Source: a bacterium
Lineage (GTDB): Bacteria; Bdellovibrionota_C; UBA2361; CALJRW01
Assembly: GCA_031385045.1 (NCBI GenBank)
Contig: JANNBC010000009.1
Location: 38,427 to 102,426, forward strand
Reading direction: 5' to 3'
DNA length: 64,000 nt
The position numbers were made by a program, and so were the translations under genes. The notes under the pieces are model-generated. The model searched no databases. It was not told where the DNA came from and saw only the letters and a program-made list of their open reading frames with translations. Positions 33,184-43,852 of this stretch are shown here, piece after piece; the first letter of the stretch is position 1; every line of letters begins with the position of its first letter.

Positions 33184-33375
33184 ATCAGTAGCTTAATAAT
33201 TTAAAAAAACCTGATATAACCTAAGAAAACCCGGGTAAAATACCCTACGCAAGTATTATGTGGTTATATCATAAACTGTTGCACAATTCTTTAGTTATTT
33301 TAGCAAATACACTAAACAAGGCAACTTCTAGAGCAGGGAGCAAGGCAACTGCCCTGCTTCCTGCTCCCGATCCAT

Positions 33376-35079
33376 TTACTTAGAACAAACACTCTGCACA
33401 ACTGGAACTTGGTTAGTAAACTCCACGTTCAGGGCATGTTGAGCATTATTAGCTCTCTCCATCCGACCTAAAAGGTTCGCTGAAGCTCCAGCTTTCTTAA
33501 CTTTGCGAATTACTTTTTGACCTAATTTGCGAAGCTCTTCTGAACCAGCTTGGTAGATACCAATCCTGTCCTGATTACTTGTTGCAATACAAAACTTAGT
33601 ATTTCCACAAGTCGTTACATTAACAGGAAGACTCCAAGTAATTCCCCAGTTAGCAGCCTGTAACTCAGAAGCCAAGGCATTTGTTCGTTTAATAAAACGC
33701 AGTGCTCGAGGACTTGAATCAAGCTTCTTCAAGTTACGATTAAACTTATTGATTAATCTTTCTTGAGCAAGAGAACCACCATCAATGCTATTTAGCAATG
33801 CTGACTGATCAAACGTGTCACAATTTAGACAAGACTGACCATCACCATTACAAATACCACAACGATCTTTCTTAGCAGTACCATTTAAGATTCCTTTACA
33901 ATCCGTACAAGAAGAGTTGTCACCACCACATACTCCACAGTTATCAAATTCTAATCCACTGTTAGGAATACCGTCACAACCTTTGTCCTCTTCGCACTGA
34001 TCCGATAAATCCTTTAAAGCGTCAGCATCATCACACTTAACACCTAAGTGATCCTCAGAACAAATAATTGTACCATGGAACTCACAAAGCCCTTCTCCGA
34101 TACCACAAGTAGTATCTAAGCTTGGGAATGATTCGTCGATATCACCATCACAGTTATTATCTAATCCATCACAAAGCTCTGTGGTAGGCTCTTCATTACG
34201 CTCACAAGAACAGGAATTAGTAAAAGTTCCTCCATTACAAACTCCTTGTTCGCCATTGTCGCATAAAGTCCCTGGAAGAGATGTGCCATTTGGAACACCT
34301 AAACAGTCAGCACAAGCTGAGTTATCTCCATTACAGACTCCGCACTCATCAACTACTTTATTATTTGCATTGGGAACATACGGACAAGAGTCTGTTCCGA
34401 TTTTTTCAATCGCTAAATCGACATCTCGATTTAATCCCCAAATTTTCATTTGAATCGCACCTATTGATTTGAAATCAACAGGAAAAGCTTTCCCCGCTGC
34501 TTTTACAAAGCTACTGTAAGGAATACTTTTTTTAGTAGCACTTGGAATCGCAACATTTAAGATGATCGAAGCCGATGATGCATGACCTTCATCTGAGTAC
34601 ATAATAATTTCAATCTCAGTTGGTTGCTGATTTGCATAATCAAAACTGATAATATCGAGATCTATTGAAGTTGAACCATCTTGAGTAAAGTCGACTCCAC
34701 CTAATCCCTGATAATTAACAATTGAGCCTCCAGTTTGATCACCATCCCAAGTAACTGTAGCTACGCCACTAGCGCCTTGGTCTTGAGAGAATGTTAAATA
34801 TCCAATTTCACTGACCATTCGATTTGGACGATTAACTGTTCCAGCGAATGCGAAGACATTAAATTCACGATTACTGCCAATCACTGAACTACGGCCAGTG
34901 CCATCTGCAGGAATATTGATTTGGCCAAAGGAAGCAGAACTATCGGGAGTACCATCATTGACAACGAGTGCATCGCCATCAAATTCATCAATTGTTATGG
35001 CCTGCGCAGAAGAAACAGCTAGCAAGCAGATGAATATAGAAATTAAGAACCCTGTTAAAGGAGTTACTGAGAATCTCAT
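33376..35079 (-). CDS. Secreted modular Cys-rich protein
   Basis: Signal peptide ending AQA; beta-rich N-domain; three DxCGxCxGDxxxC units, one ELCDGLDNNCDGDIDE unit; basic helical C-domain. Confidence 0.85.
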   Translation of the reverse strand: MRFSVTPLTGFLISIFICLLAVSSAQAITIDEFDGDALVVNDGTPDSSASFGQINIPADGTGRSSVIGSNREFNVFAFAGTVNRPNRMVSEIGYLTFSQDQGASGVATVTWDGDQTGGSIVNYQGLGGVDFTQDGSTSIDLDIISFDYANQQPTEIEIIMYSDEGHASSASIILNVAIPSATKKSIPYSSFVKAAGKAFPVDFKSIGAIQMKIWGLNRDVDLAIEKIGTDSCPYVPNANNKVVDECGVCNGDNSACADCLGVPNGTSLPGTLCDNGEQGVCNGGTFTNSCSCERNEEPTTELCDGLDNNCDGDIDESFPSLDTTCGIGEGLCEFHGTIICSEDHLGVKCDDADALKDLSDQCEEDKGCDGIPNSGLEFDNCGVCGGDNSSCTDCKGILNGTAKKDRCGICNGDGQSCLNCDTFDQSALLNSIDGGSLAQERLINKFNRNLKKLDSSPRALRFIKRTNALASELQAANWGITWSLPVNVTTCGNTKFCIATSNQDRIGIYQAGSEELRKLGQKVIRKVKKAGASANLLGRMERANNAQHALNVEFTNQVPVVQSVCSK

Positions 35080-35409
35080 TGTTAGAACCTAAGTAAAAAA
35101 TAAAAAAACCTTAGTTACTTTCCAAAGTTTTGAAAAACTTAGAGAGAACTAACTCATTTTAATCCCAAGAAATTCAAGAATTTTCACTCTTTCCTAGGAC
35201 TAAAAGATGTATTTTCCGTAATCAAAGACCAGAAAACTACAGCTATAATTCACACAGCTCACTCACTCGCGCAAGAGGCATTCAACAAAAGTAATTATTT
35301 TTTAGGACCTATCAGTGCCCAACCCAGGTAAAGTTGAAGTGCTCTCAAGCTAAAAAAGCCTTGGAATCTTAGTGTATTAGCTAACTAGGCAAAAATTCGC
35401 ACTAAAAAT

Positions 35410-35453
35410 AAAAAAGGGCGGAGGAACTAATCTCTTTGTCCCCCCCACCCTTT
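35410..35453 (-). terminator. Intrinsic terminator
   Basis: G-rich/C-rich stem with a T6 tract on the minus strand. Confidence 0.7.
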
Positions 35454-35530
35454 ATTATTTAACTAAGCAAATATACTAAGCGACATAAGGAATTACCGAA
35501 AAAGCAACGTCCTTTAGTATATCTCAAATC

Positions 35531-36334
35531 CTATCTTTGCTGACCACACTTAACAGGATCAAAAGATGGTAAGGTGATTTGCAATTTATTGTTATGAATA
35601 TCAAGCGGCATAGAACGAACCTTAGCAACTCCAACCAAGGCATTCCCTAAACCTGATGCCCCTGCAACATTTTTCTCAGTAAAGTATGATGAAATGGCCG
35701 CAGTATTAGCATCACTAACTGAATCGGATAAAATAGTGATATTCTCCCCATCAATACTTACTAACTGCACATAGTAGACACGATCTTCTGGTTTAAATGA
35801 ACGACCAGGATTTTTATACTGCTCAACAACTTCGACAACAGTAACATAAGGCTTATCTTTACAGCTATTCTTACCACTAGAATCCTTGCAGACTTTCAGT
35901 AAATACAACTCCGCAGATTCGGGCGACTTATAATCTAAAGTTAAATCTTCGCCAAAATTACTAAGAACCTTGAAATATTTATCAAAGTCAGTCATCACAT
36001 CACCGAGGCGATCCTCTTTTTTTATCGTTACCGGCTTGGATAATTTTCCCAGAACTTCTGTTACGGCCTCCTCGCCTGTCGCTATTGATTCTAAGGAAAC
36101 TAATAATTTTTTATTCTCTGAGTAAAGCATATCCTGTTTGATGGCATCAAAGTCACCAAACATACAATTATTAGTAACCTTTAAGTTCATTGGAAACTTA
36201 CCTTTAAGGTACTGATCTTTTAATCCACTTTTAGCAATCGTAATCGACTTCACCGGCAAGTCGGCGAATACCGTAACCAAAGGAAGTATCGTAACAAAAA
36301 AAACTGCTAGCGTATTTTTAAATAGGTTTTTCAT
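35531..36334 (-). CDS. Secreted hypothetical protein (about 267 aa, 4 Cys)
   Basis: Likely start MKNLFKNT at 36334 gives a signal peptide ending VFA. Confidence 0.75.
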   Translation of the reverse strand: MKNLFKNTLAVFFVTILPLVTVFADLPVKSITIAKSGLKDQYLKGKFPMNLKVTNNCMFGDFDAIKQDMLYSENKKLLVSLESIATGEEAVTEVLGKLSKPVTIKKEDRLGDVMTDFDKYFKVLSNFGEDLTLDYKSPESAELYLLKVCKDSSGKNSCKDKPYVTVVEVVEQYKNPGRSFKPEDRVYYVQLVSIDGENITILSDSVSDANTAAISSYFTEKNVAGASGLGNALVGVAKVRSMPLDIHNNKLQITLPSFDPVKCGQQR

Positions 36335-36429
36335 ATTTGAATTAAGAAAAGAAAAAGAATGCGTAGTAAAACTTAGCCCTTGATTTTTACAAGGATAAGA
36401 CATGATTGTTTGCAGGGCAAGACAATAAC

Positions 36430-36472
36430 AAAAAGGGGCACAGATTAGACTAGCTAATCCTGTACCCCTTTT
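36430..36472 (-). terminator. Intrinsic terminator after the Hint-domain gene
   Basis: AAAAAGGGGCACAGATTAG...CTAATCCTGTACCCCTTTT. Confidence 0.75.
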
Positions 36473-36509
36473 CGATTCTTTAAGAACATTGTCTCAAAGT
36501 TGCCCCAGA

Positions 36510-39500
36510 TTATTTTTTATTAATAATCTCTTGGGCTGTTAGGTCACCAGTTACAATTCCATCAGAAAGTACCAAGTGGTTTTCTAATTCATTCTCAGCA
36601 TCTAAACGAATATTAATTACTCGTTGGTCAGCCTTAATTGGTAATGCTACTGCTGAAATTACAGCAACTTCACTACCGCTTAATGTTACAACATCACCAG
36701 CGACTACTTCTCTAGCTGTAATGATACCTCTCTTAGTATACACTGGGTGTTTCTGAGTAACCTTAACAACTTTACTGCCGGCAGTAATTGCAATGATTGG
36801 CTCTTCCTCATTTGATTCCAAGACACTCTTCACTTTCACTGCTTTACCAGTTACAGGGTTACGCACCTCTTCGCCAGCGCTAATACTTTCGATTGTTTTC
36901 TCTGTCCCATTAGCCATTAGAATTTTTGTTTCAGGAACGAAACAACCTTCTAAGCGTAATGAAGAACAAGTCCAACAAGCTTTACTGAAGTCAGCTGGAT
37001 TAGTAATCGGTGTGTTTTTATCACCGTAGTACTTAAAGGCTGTATCAAACTGACCGAATGTATCAGACTTATTAATAAAACCATTTTCAGCATGTCCAGA
37101 GAATCCGAAATAATATTCGAAACCTGTTTTGTTAATTGGTTTATTAACAAAGCTATTCTCCATCTGTTGAGTCCAGCCTGCAGGACGTAATCTGCTAACT
37201 GTAGTTCCATTAGGACCTGCAATTTGAACTTGACTCCAACCCCAAGCAGAATCAACTGTCATGGTTTGGCCATCTTTATTAACATCAATTCCGCGAATTG
37301 CTTCAAGGATTTTAATCCCTTCATTCAATAGCGCTTGAGTTACGTTCTGGCCTTGAGCATTTACAGCACTAGTAAAGAAGCTTGTAAAACCCTGTCCAGC
37401 AACATCCTGTTTCTTCTGGAAGCCCATCATACAAACTCTCATTTGATAGATGTCGTAGCCATCATCTTGACCAGCATAAGTAGTCTTACCATGCTGACTT
37501 TCAGGATAGCCTAAGCCTACGCAACAGTTCGGTACTCCCCAGTTTGGATCATTAACCGTACGGTCACAATCATCAGGTCCAAGTTCACACTGAGCGTTAC
37601 AAACTGCTCCTGGAAACTTATCCTTATAGATCTGACGGATATTAGTTCCATCACACATCTCTGTTGGGCTATTGATAATACCATCGCCACAAACCGGAGT
37701 TTTACACAGATTAGAACAAGCATCATTGTTGACAGTATTGCCATCATCACACTGTTCTGGGTTCTGCTTAATACCATCGCCGCAAACGGCAGTGATACAT
37801 TGGTTACTACAGTTATCATTGTTAACTGTATTACCATCATCACACTGCTCACCTGCTTGTTTGATACCATCACCGCAAACCGGAACTGTACAAGTATTTG
37901 TACAAGCATCATTGTTTACAGTATTGCCATCATCACAAAGCTCTGGAGTTTGCTTAATACCATCGCCACAACGTGGAGGCTGACAAGTATTAGAACAAGC
38001 ATCATCATTTACAGTGTTACCATCATCGCAAAGCTCTGGAGACTGAACGCATCCATCACCGCAACGAGGAGTAGTACATTCGTTAGTACAAGCATCATTG
38101 TTAATCTTGTTACCATCGTCACACTGCTCTGGACTCTGCTTAATACCATCACCACAAGCTGGAACTGTACAAGTATTTGTACAAGCATCTGTGTTGTTAG
38201 TATTACCATCGTCACACTGCTCGCCTGTTTGTTTAATACCATCGCCACAACGTGGAGGCTGACAAGTATTAGAACAAGCATCATCATTTACAGTGTTACC
38301 ATCATCGCAAAGCTCTGGAGACTGAACGCATCCATCACCGCAACGAGGGGCAGTACAAGTGTTTGTACAAGCATCATTATTAATCTTGTTACCATCGTCA
38401 CACTGCTCACCTGTTTGCTTAATACCATCACCGCAAACCGGAACTGTACAAGTATTTGTACAAGCATCATTGTTTACAGTATTGCCATCATCACATAACT
38501 CGGGAGACTGAACTAAGCCATCACCGCAACGAGCATTTTGACAAGTATTAGAACAAGCATCATTGTTTACAGTATTACCATCATCGCACTGCTCGCCTGT
38601 TTGTTTAATACCATCTCCGCAGATTGCAATTACGCATAAGTTGCTACAGCTATCATTGTTAACAGTATTGCCATCATCGCACTGCTCGCCTGTTTGTTTA
38701 ATACCATCGCCACAACGTGGAGCTGTACAAGTATTTGTACAAGCATCATTGTTATTTGTATTACCATCGTCACACTGCTCACCTGTTTGCTTAATACCAT
38801 CGCCACAACGTGGAGGCTGACAAGTATTAGAACAAGCATCATCGTTTACAGTGTTACCATCATCGCAAAGCTCTGGAGACTGAACGCATCCATCACCGCA
38901 ACGAGGAGTAGTACAAGTATTAGTACAAGAATCATTATTTACAGTATTACCATCATCGCACTGCTCATTTGATTGTTTGATTCCATCTCCGCAAACTGGA
39001 ACTGTACAAACATTTGTACAAGCATCAGTGTTTACATTGTTACCATCATCGCACTGCTCATTTGATTGTTTGATTCCATCTCCGCAAACTGGAACTTTAC
39101 ATGTATTAGAACAAGCATCTGTGTTTACAGTATTACCATCGTCACACTGCTCAGTTAATTGTTTGATTCCATCTCCGCACTTAGGATTATGGCAAGTATT
39201 CGTACAATCATCATTATTAACAGTGTTACCATCATCACACTGTTCGCTAGAATCATTTACAACGCCATCACCACACTTAGTACAACTTAAACGACAACCA
39301 GTATCATTTGGGTTAGCGTAATCACAAGTTGTTCCTGGGAAAATTTGAACATCATACTGATTATGAACAGCATCACCGCAATATGGTAAACGACATTCTG
39401 CACGACAACCGTCAGTAGTATTAGTGTTACCATCGTCGCACTCTTCATTCCCAAGGCGAATACCATCACCACAATATGTGCAGATAGTACATTCACAGTC

Positions 39501-39674
39501 CGAACATCCACAAAGAACTGGATCCGTAACTGTTACTAGCGTACTGCCCGGAGGACAAAAATTGTTAGTATTTCCTGCAAAATCTTGCGCGCTGACAGTA
39601 GAAAAAGCGAACAAAATTGATAAAAAAAGTATTGAAACAAAAGCCTTTACTGACTTTAAGTTTGTATTTTCCAT
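36510..39674 (-). CDS. Secreted protein with myxobacterial-type Cys-rich repeats (DUF4215-like) and a C-terminal Hint domain
   Basis: Signal peptide; 18 full CGDG..ExCDDGN..C...C units plus 2 degenerate; G|CF at C911, TQKH block B, C-terminal DGIVTGD. Confidence 0.92.
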   Translation of the reverse strand: MENTNLKSVKAFVSILFLSILFAFSTVSAQDFAGNTNNFCPPGSTLVTVTDPVLCGCSDCECTICTYCGDGIRLGNEECDDGNTNTTDGCRAECRLPYCGDAVHNQYDVQIFPGTTCDYANPNDTGCRLSCTKCGDGVVNDSSEQCDDGNTVNNDDCTNTCHNPKCGDGIKQLTEQCDDGNTVNTDACSNTCKVPVCGDGIKQSNEQCDDGNNVNTDACTNVCTVPVCGDGIKQSNEQCDDGNTVNNDSCTNTCTTPRCGDGCVQSPELCDDGNTVNDDACSNTCQPPRCGDGIKQTGEQCDDGNTNNNDACTNTCTAPRCGDGIKQTGEQCDDGNTVNNDSCSNLCVIAICGDGIKQTGEQCDDGNTVNNDACSNTCQNARCGDGLVQSPELCDDGNTVNNDACTNTCTVPVCGDGIKQTGEQCDDGNKINNDACTNTCTAPRCGDGCVQSPELCDDGNTVNDDACSNTCQPPRCGDGIKQTGEQCDDGNTNNTDACTNTCTVPACGDGIKQSPEQCDDGNKINNDACTNECTTPRCGDGCVQSPELCDDGNTVNDDACSNTCQPPRCGDGIKQTPELCDDGNTVNNDACTNTCTVPVCGDGIKQAGEQCDDGNTVNNDNCSNQCITAVCGDGIKQNPEQCDDGNTVNNDACSNLCKTPVCGDGIINSPTEMCDGTNIRQIYKDKFPGAVCNAQCELGPDDCDRTVNDPNWGVPNCCVGLGYPESQHGKTTYAGQDDGYDIYQMRVCMMGFQKKQDVAGQGFTSFFTSAVNAQGQNVTQALLNEGIKILEAIRGIDVNKDGQTMTVDSAWGWSQVQIAGPNGTTVSRLRPAGWTQQMENSFVNKPINKTGFEYYFGFSGHAENGFINKSDTFGQFDTAFKYYGDKNTPITNPADFSKACWTCSSLRLEGCFVPETKILMANGTEKTIESISAGEEVRNPVTGKAVKVKSVLESNEEEPIIAITAGSKVVKVTQKHPVYTKRGIITAREVVAGDVVTLSGSEVAVISAVALPIKADQRVINIRLDAENELENHLVLSDGIVTGDLTAQEIINKK
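37680..39473 (-). repeat. Coding tandem repeat, 93-nt (31-aa) unit with 279-nt higher-order spacing
   Basis: Near-identical blocks start at 38011, 38290 and 38848. Confidence 0.95.
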
Positions 39675-39859
39675 TAGGGTTTTTCCTGTTAAATGAGATT
39701 AGCGCTATAAAAAAATAACACCTTTTGATTTTTAATCAACAAAATTGAAAAAATTCATTGATATTTATGGAAGTAATTTGAAGTGTGTGCCTAGATATTT
39801 TAGGGAATGCCTCAAACCCCTCTAAAAAGGACTTTTAACTATCTAAATTACTAAAAAAA

Positions 39860-40771
39860 TTACCAAATTTGCAGTTCTGTTTCTAAGGTAATGCCTTGTT
39901 TTTGGTTTACATCTTCTTTAATCAAAGAAATTAAGGCTAGGACTTCCTGAGCAAGTGCCTCCTTTGAGGGATTTACAATCCAATTGGCATGCAACTCGGA
40001 TACTAAGGCATTACCTTGAGCTCTGCCCTTAAACCCAGCTTTTTCAATAATCTCTCCGGCATAAGCCTTGGGCGGATTCTTAAAAATAGACCCAGCTGAA
40101 GCTAAGGTTAAAGGTTGAGTGGCCTTTCTATAGGTCAAATGTTTTTGTTGTTCGGCAAAAATTGTTTCTGGATTTCCTGGGGTTAACTTAATTATTGCTG
40201 AAATAATAATCGCCTCTGGCGGTAATGGTGTCTGACGATAGGAGAAACTAAGACTTTTAGCATCAACAGTCTGTAAAACCGCTTGCGCATCAAAATAGCT
40301 GACCGATCTTAAAACCTGACTAATTTCTCCTAGATGTGCCCCGGCATTCATTCGGACAGCACCACCAAAAGTTGCCGGAATACCTCCAGCAAACTCCAAT
40401 CCAGAAAAACCTAACTTGGAGACCTCACGAGAAAGCACCATCAGTGGCATACTACCTCCAACTTCAAAAGTATCTTCAGTCAATTGACGATAATATCGAA
40501 ATCTTCGACCAAGTCTAATAACTGGTTGTTCAACTCCTTGATCTGGAATTAACAAATTACTTCCTGCCCCAATAACTTTATAACCTAAAGAATATTCTCT
40601 AATAAAGGAAAGACAACTCGCCAACTCTTCTGGTGAGTTTGGCTCTATCAGCACAGCCAACTCTCCACCGATTGAAAATGTTGTTAACTTTTTTCCAGAG
40701 ATATCTAGTTGGACAGCACAGTTAGAAATTTTTTGAAAATCCCTAAGCCAAAGCGCTCTATGATCAAGCAT
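39860..40771 (-). CDS. murB: UDP-N-acetylmuramate dehydrogenase
   Basis: GAGSNLL, GIPATFGGAVRMNAGA, SAGSIFKNP, HANWIVN; start set at the ATG overlapping the murC stop. Confidence 0.96.
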   Translation of the reverse strand: MLDHRALWLRDFQKISNCAVQLDISGKKLTTFSIGGELAVLIEPNSPEELASCLSFIREYSLGYKVIGAGSNLLIPDQGVEQPVIRLGRRFRYYRQLTEDTFEVGGSMPLMVLSREVSKLGFSGLEFAGGIPATFGGAVRMNAGAHLGEISQVLRSVSYFDAQAVLQTVDAKSLSFSYRQTPLPPEAIIISAIIKLTPGNPETIFAEQQKHLTYRKATQPLTLASAGSIFKNPPKAYAGEIIEKAGFKGRAQGNALVSELHANWIVNPSKEALAQEVLALISLIKEDVNQKQGITLETELQIW

Positions 40772-42134
40772 ATTTATTCGCAATGTTTTTGGCAAAATTT
40801 CCGATAGAACCTGCTCCCATGCAAACTAACACATCCCCAGATCGAAACTCTGACTGCAAACTATCATAACAATCCTCTAACGTTCCAGCATAGGAACAGT
40901 TTTGATGGGCAATACTTTGAGCTAAATTTTCAGCATTAATCTGTTCAATTTCTAACTCTCCCGCGGAATAAATATCGGAAATCATCACTTGGTCACAATG
41001 CTCAAAGCAATGCTGAAATTCATCCCAACATTCTGCAGTTCTTGTGTAACGATGTGGTTGAAAAATTACATGTACACGTCCAGCTTGTTGGCCATAGGCC
41101 TCGCTAATTGCGGAAAGTGTCGCTTTAATTTCAGTTGGATGATGTGCATAATCATTAATAATAGTGACCCCTTGGTGACAGGCAACAATTTCCGATCTTC
41201 TAGAAACCCCTTGAAAACTACTTAAGGCATCCTTGATAATTCCCAGAGAAATTCCAAATTCCATGGCCACAGCAAAAACACTAAGACAGTTTAACATGAA
41301 GTGTCGCCCCACTAACGGAATTTGATAAACACCTAAACTTTCCTCTTCTTTAAAAACCTCGAACTCTGTTCCTTGTGGTGAAATCTTTAAGCATTTGGCA
41401 CGAAGTGTTGCCTTAGAACTTAAGCCATAAGAAATCTTCCGGCAGTTTAACTGATCGTAAATTTTACTAACTCGTGGATCGTCGACACACATTACCGCTA
41501 AGCCATAAAATGGGACTGACTTTACAAATTGATGAAAGGCTTTTTCGATCTCTTCCACCGTCCCGTAAGTGCTTAAATGCTCCTTATCAATATTAGTTAC
41601 AACGGCAATCGTCGGTTTTAAGTGTAAAAAACTTTTATCAGACTCATCGGCCTCAGCAACAAGAAAGTCTCCCTTCCCTAATTTTCCAGTGCTATTATAT
41701 TTATGAACAATTCCACCGATAATTACAGTTGGATCAAACTTAGCCTCCTCCATTACAGCCGAAATTAAACTAGACGTAGAAGTCTTGCCATGCGCTCCTG
41801 CAATCGCTACCCCATACTTAAATCGCATTAGCTCTGCTAAGACTTCCGCCCTAGAAAGAATTGGAATTAAACGGTTTTTAGCTTCCACCATTTCTGGATT
41901 TGTGGAAGAAATTGCCGAGGAATAAACTAAAAGTGAGATATTATCAGCTAAATTATCGGCATCATGACCTGTATAGATCTTGGCTCCTAATTCTGCTAAC
42001 CGTCGGCAAGCAGTACTGAAGTTTAGGTCTGAGCCACTGATCTGGAAGCCTTGGTTTAGTAGTACTTCGGCAATTCCGGACATTCCAGCTCCACCAATAC
42101 CAACAAAATGAAAGTGTAATTTTGGATTATACAT
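40764..42134 (-). CDS. murC: UDP-N-acetylmuramate--L-alanine ligase
   Basis: GIGGAGMSG, GAHGKTST, EADESD, DYAHHPTEI, FQPHRYTRT. Confidence 0.98.
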   Translation of the reverse strand: MYNPKLHFHFVGIGGAGMSGIAEVLLNQGFQISGSDLNFSTACRRLAELGAKIYTGHDADNLADNISLLVYSSAISSTNPEMVEAKNRLIPILSRAEVLAELMRFKYGVAIAGAHGKTSTSSLISAVMEEAKFDPTVIIGGIVHKYNSTGKLGKGDFLVAEADESDKSFLHLKPTIAVVTNIDKEHLSTYGTVEEIEKAFHQFVKSVPFYGLAVMCVDDPRVSKIYDQLNCRKISYGLSSKATLRAKCLKISPQGTEFEVFKEEESLGVYQIPLVGRHFMLNCLSVFAVAMEFGISLGIIKDALSSFQGVSRRSEIVACHQGVTIINDYAHHPTEIKATLSAISEAYGQQAGRVHVIFQPHRYTRTAECWDEFQHCFEHCDQVMISDIYSAGELEIEQINAENLAQSIAHQNCSYAGTLEDCYDSLQSEFRSGDVLVCMGAGSIGNFAKNIANKYA

Positions 42135-42386
42135 TAATAAAAATTTGTAATAAGTTTCCTACTTCTTGCTTATAGGCAAAAGAAACAACTTTAGTTATAC
42201 TAAAAACCCGTTCAGGTTATTTAAACGGCTTAGACGAATTAGACAGGAAGCTATATCAACTAGCATAGTTTAGAATTGATATCAAAAGCTTTCAAATACC
42301 AAATCTATGGAGCATTTGAGAGCGACTCAAAAGAAAAAAAGCAAAGCGGATAAAAATTTATGGCTGCGGTTATCTAAAATACAGAA

Positions 42387-43073
42387 ATGTCAGAGTTTGA
42401 AAAAACATACCTTTATAAACCAACTATTGGTTCCAGCCACACTTGGGCGCTAAAACAATTTAGGGAACTTCCTGCCCAAGCTAAGATTTTAGATTTTGGG
42501 GCTGGATCAGGAATTATTGGATTAAAGCTTCAAGAGCTAGGGCAAAACCAAATATATGCTGTCGATCTTGATCCAGATCGACGAATAGCCTTAAATAAAA
42601 TCTACTTAAAATGTACCGAAACCCTAGCAGAGCTAGATGAAACAGATTTTAATTGTATAATTTTACTGGATATCCTTGAACATCTTACCAATCCGTTTGA
42701 GTTTCTAGGCGAACTTACTAAAAAACTTGCACCTGGTGGTGTGATGTTAATTTCAATTCCCAATATTGCTCATTGGAGCATGCGCCTCGGGTTACTCTTT
42801 GGATTTTTTGAATATACAGAACGAGGTTTATTAGATAAAACTCATTATAGTTTTTTTAATAAAAGACGTGCAATCTCCTTGGCTCGGTCGGATAATCAAA
42901 TGCAACTAGTCTCCTATAATGTTAGTGTTTCTCCAGCAGAGTTTGTCTTGCCAGAATTACTGACAGATAATAGCGCTTATAAATTCCTAGATGAACAAAG
43001 ACTAATGTTTGCCAACTTCTTCCCTAGTCTCCTTGGCTATCAACACCTAATGAAATTAAAGAAGAAAGCATGA
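42387..43073 (+). CDS. Class I SAM-dependent methyltransferase
   Basis: LDFGAGSG, DILEHL, SIPNIAH, GLLDKTH. Confidence 0.88.
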   Translation: MSEFEKTYLYKPTIGSSHTWALKQFRELPAQAKILDFGAGSGIIGLKLQELGQNQIYAVDLDPDRRIALNKIYLKCTETLAELDETDFNCIILLDILEHLTNPFEFLGELTKKLAPGGVMLISIPNIAHWSMRLGLLFGFFEYTERGLLDKTHYSFFNKRRAISLARSDNQMQLVSYNVSVSPAEFVLPELLTDNSAYKFLDEQRLMFANFFPSLLGYQHLMKLKKKA

Positions 43074-43852
43074 GGATTATTTCTTGGAATGTGAATGGCC
43101 TGCGTGCTGTCTACCGAAAAAATTTCCTAGAATTCTTAGAACAATATTCTCCCGATATCTTGTTATTACAAGAAGTCAAAGCACTCCCAGAACAACTTAC
43201 AGAGGAAGAACTAGCACCACTTAATTATCAGTCAATTTTTTCGCCTGCTCAAAAAAAAGGATACTCTGGTGTCGCAATTTACTACCGCAAAGATTTAAAA
43301 ATCGAAATTGTGGCAAAAGGTATTAATCACGCTAGGTTTGATGATGAAGGTCGCTTTTTAATTATCAAAGTAAACGACCTACTAATTTACAATATCTACT
43401 TTCCATCAGGTACAACTGGGGATATTAGACAAAACTTCAAAGAAGAATTTCTAGATTCAATCACTAAACACTTCCGCCAACAATTATTAGATCCCTCAAA
43501 GAAAATTGTGATCGGCGGTGATTTTAATATCTGTCACCAAGAAATCGATATCCACCACCCAAAACAAGCAAGCAAATTAGGGCTATCAGGTTTTCTACCA
43601 CAAGAAAGGAGTTGGTTTAGTGATTTTTTAGATTTAAATTTTTGTGATAGTTTTAGATCAATTCAAGGGACAATCCCCAATCGTTATTCTTGGTGGAGCT
43701 ATCGCGCCGGAGCTCGAGGTAAAAACTTAGGATGGAGAATTGATTATTTTTTGTTAAGTCGCAATTTAGAATCTCAGATCAGTAATGCTGATATTTTAGA
43801 TGATTGTTTGGGATCAGATCATGCGCCAATTATTTTAGATTTAAAAAACTGA
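43070..43852 (+). CDS. xth: Exodeoxyribonuclease III
   Basis: [28 protein letters not shown]. Confidence 0.96.
   Translation: MRIISWNVNGLRAVYRKNFLEFLEQYSPDILLLQEVKALPEQLTEEELAPLNYQSIFSPAQKKGYSGVAIYYRKDLKIEIVAKGINHARFDDEGRFLIIKVNDLLIYNIYFPSGTTGDIRQNFKEEFLDSITKHFRQQLLDPSKKIVIGGDFNICHQEIDIHHPKQASKLGLSGFLPQERSWFSDFLDLNFCDSFRSIQGTIPNRYSWWSYRAGARGKNLGWRIDYFLLSRNLESQISNADILDDCLGSDHAPIILDLKN

Noticed and set aside
37680..39473. Periodic DNA as a CRISPR array
   Set aside because: In-frame 93-nt coding repeats with third-position variation, no unique spacers and no cas genes
36793..39696. Many overlapping alternative-frame ORFs over the Cys-rich gene
   Set aside because: Shadow ORFs produced by the repeat's codon pattern; the same applies to antisense ORFs over pnp, dnaE and others
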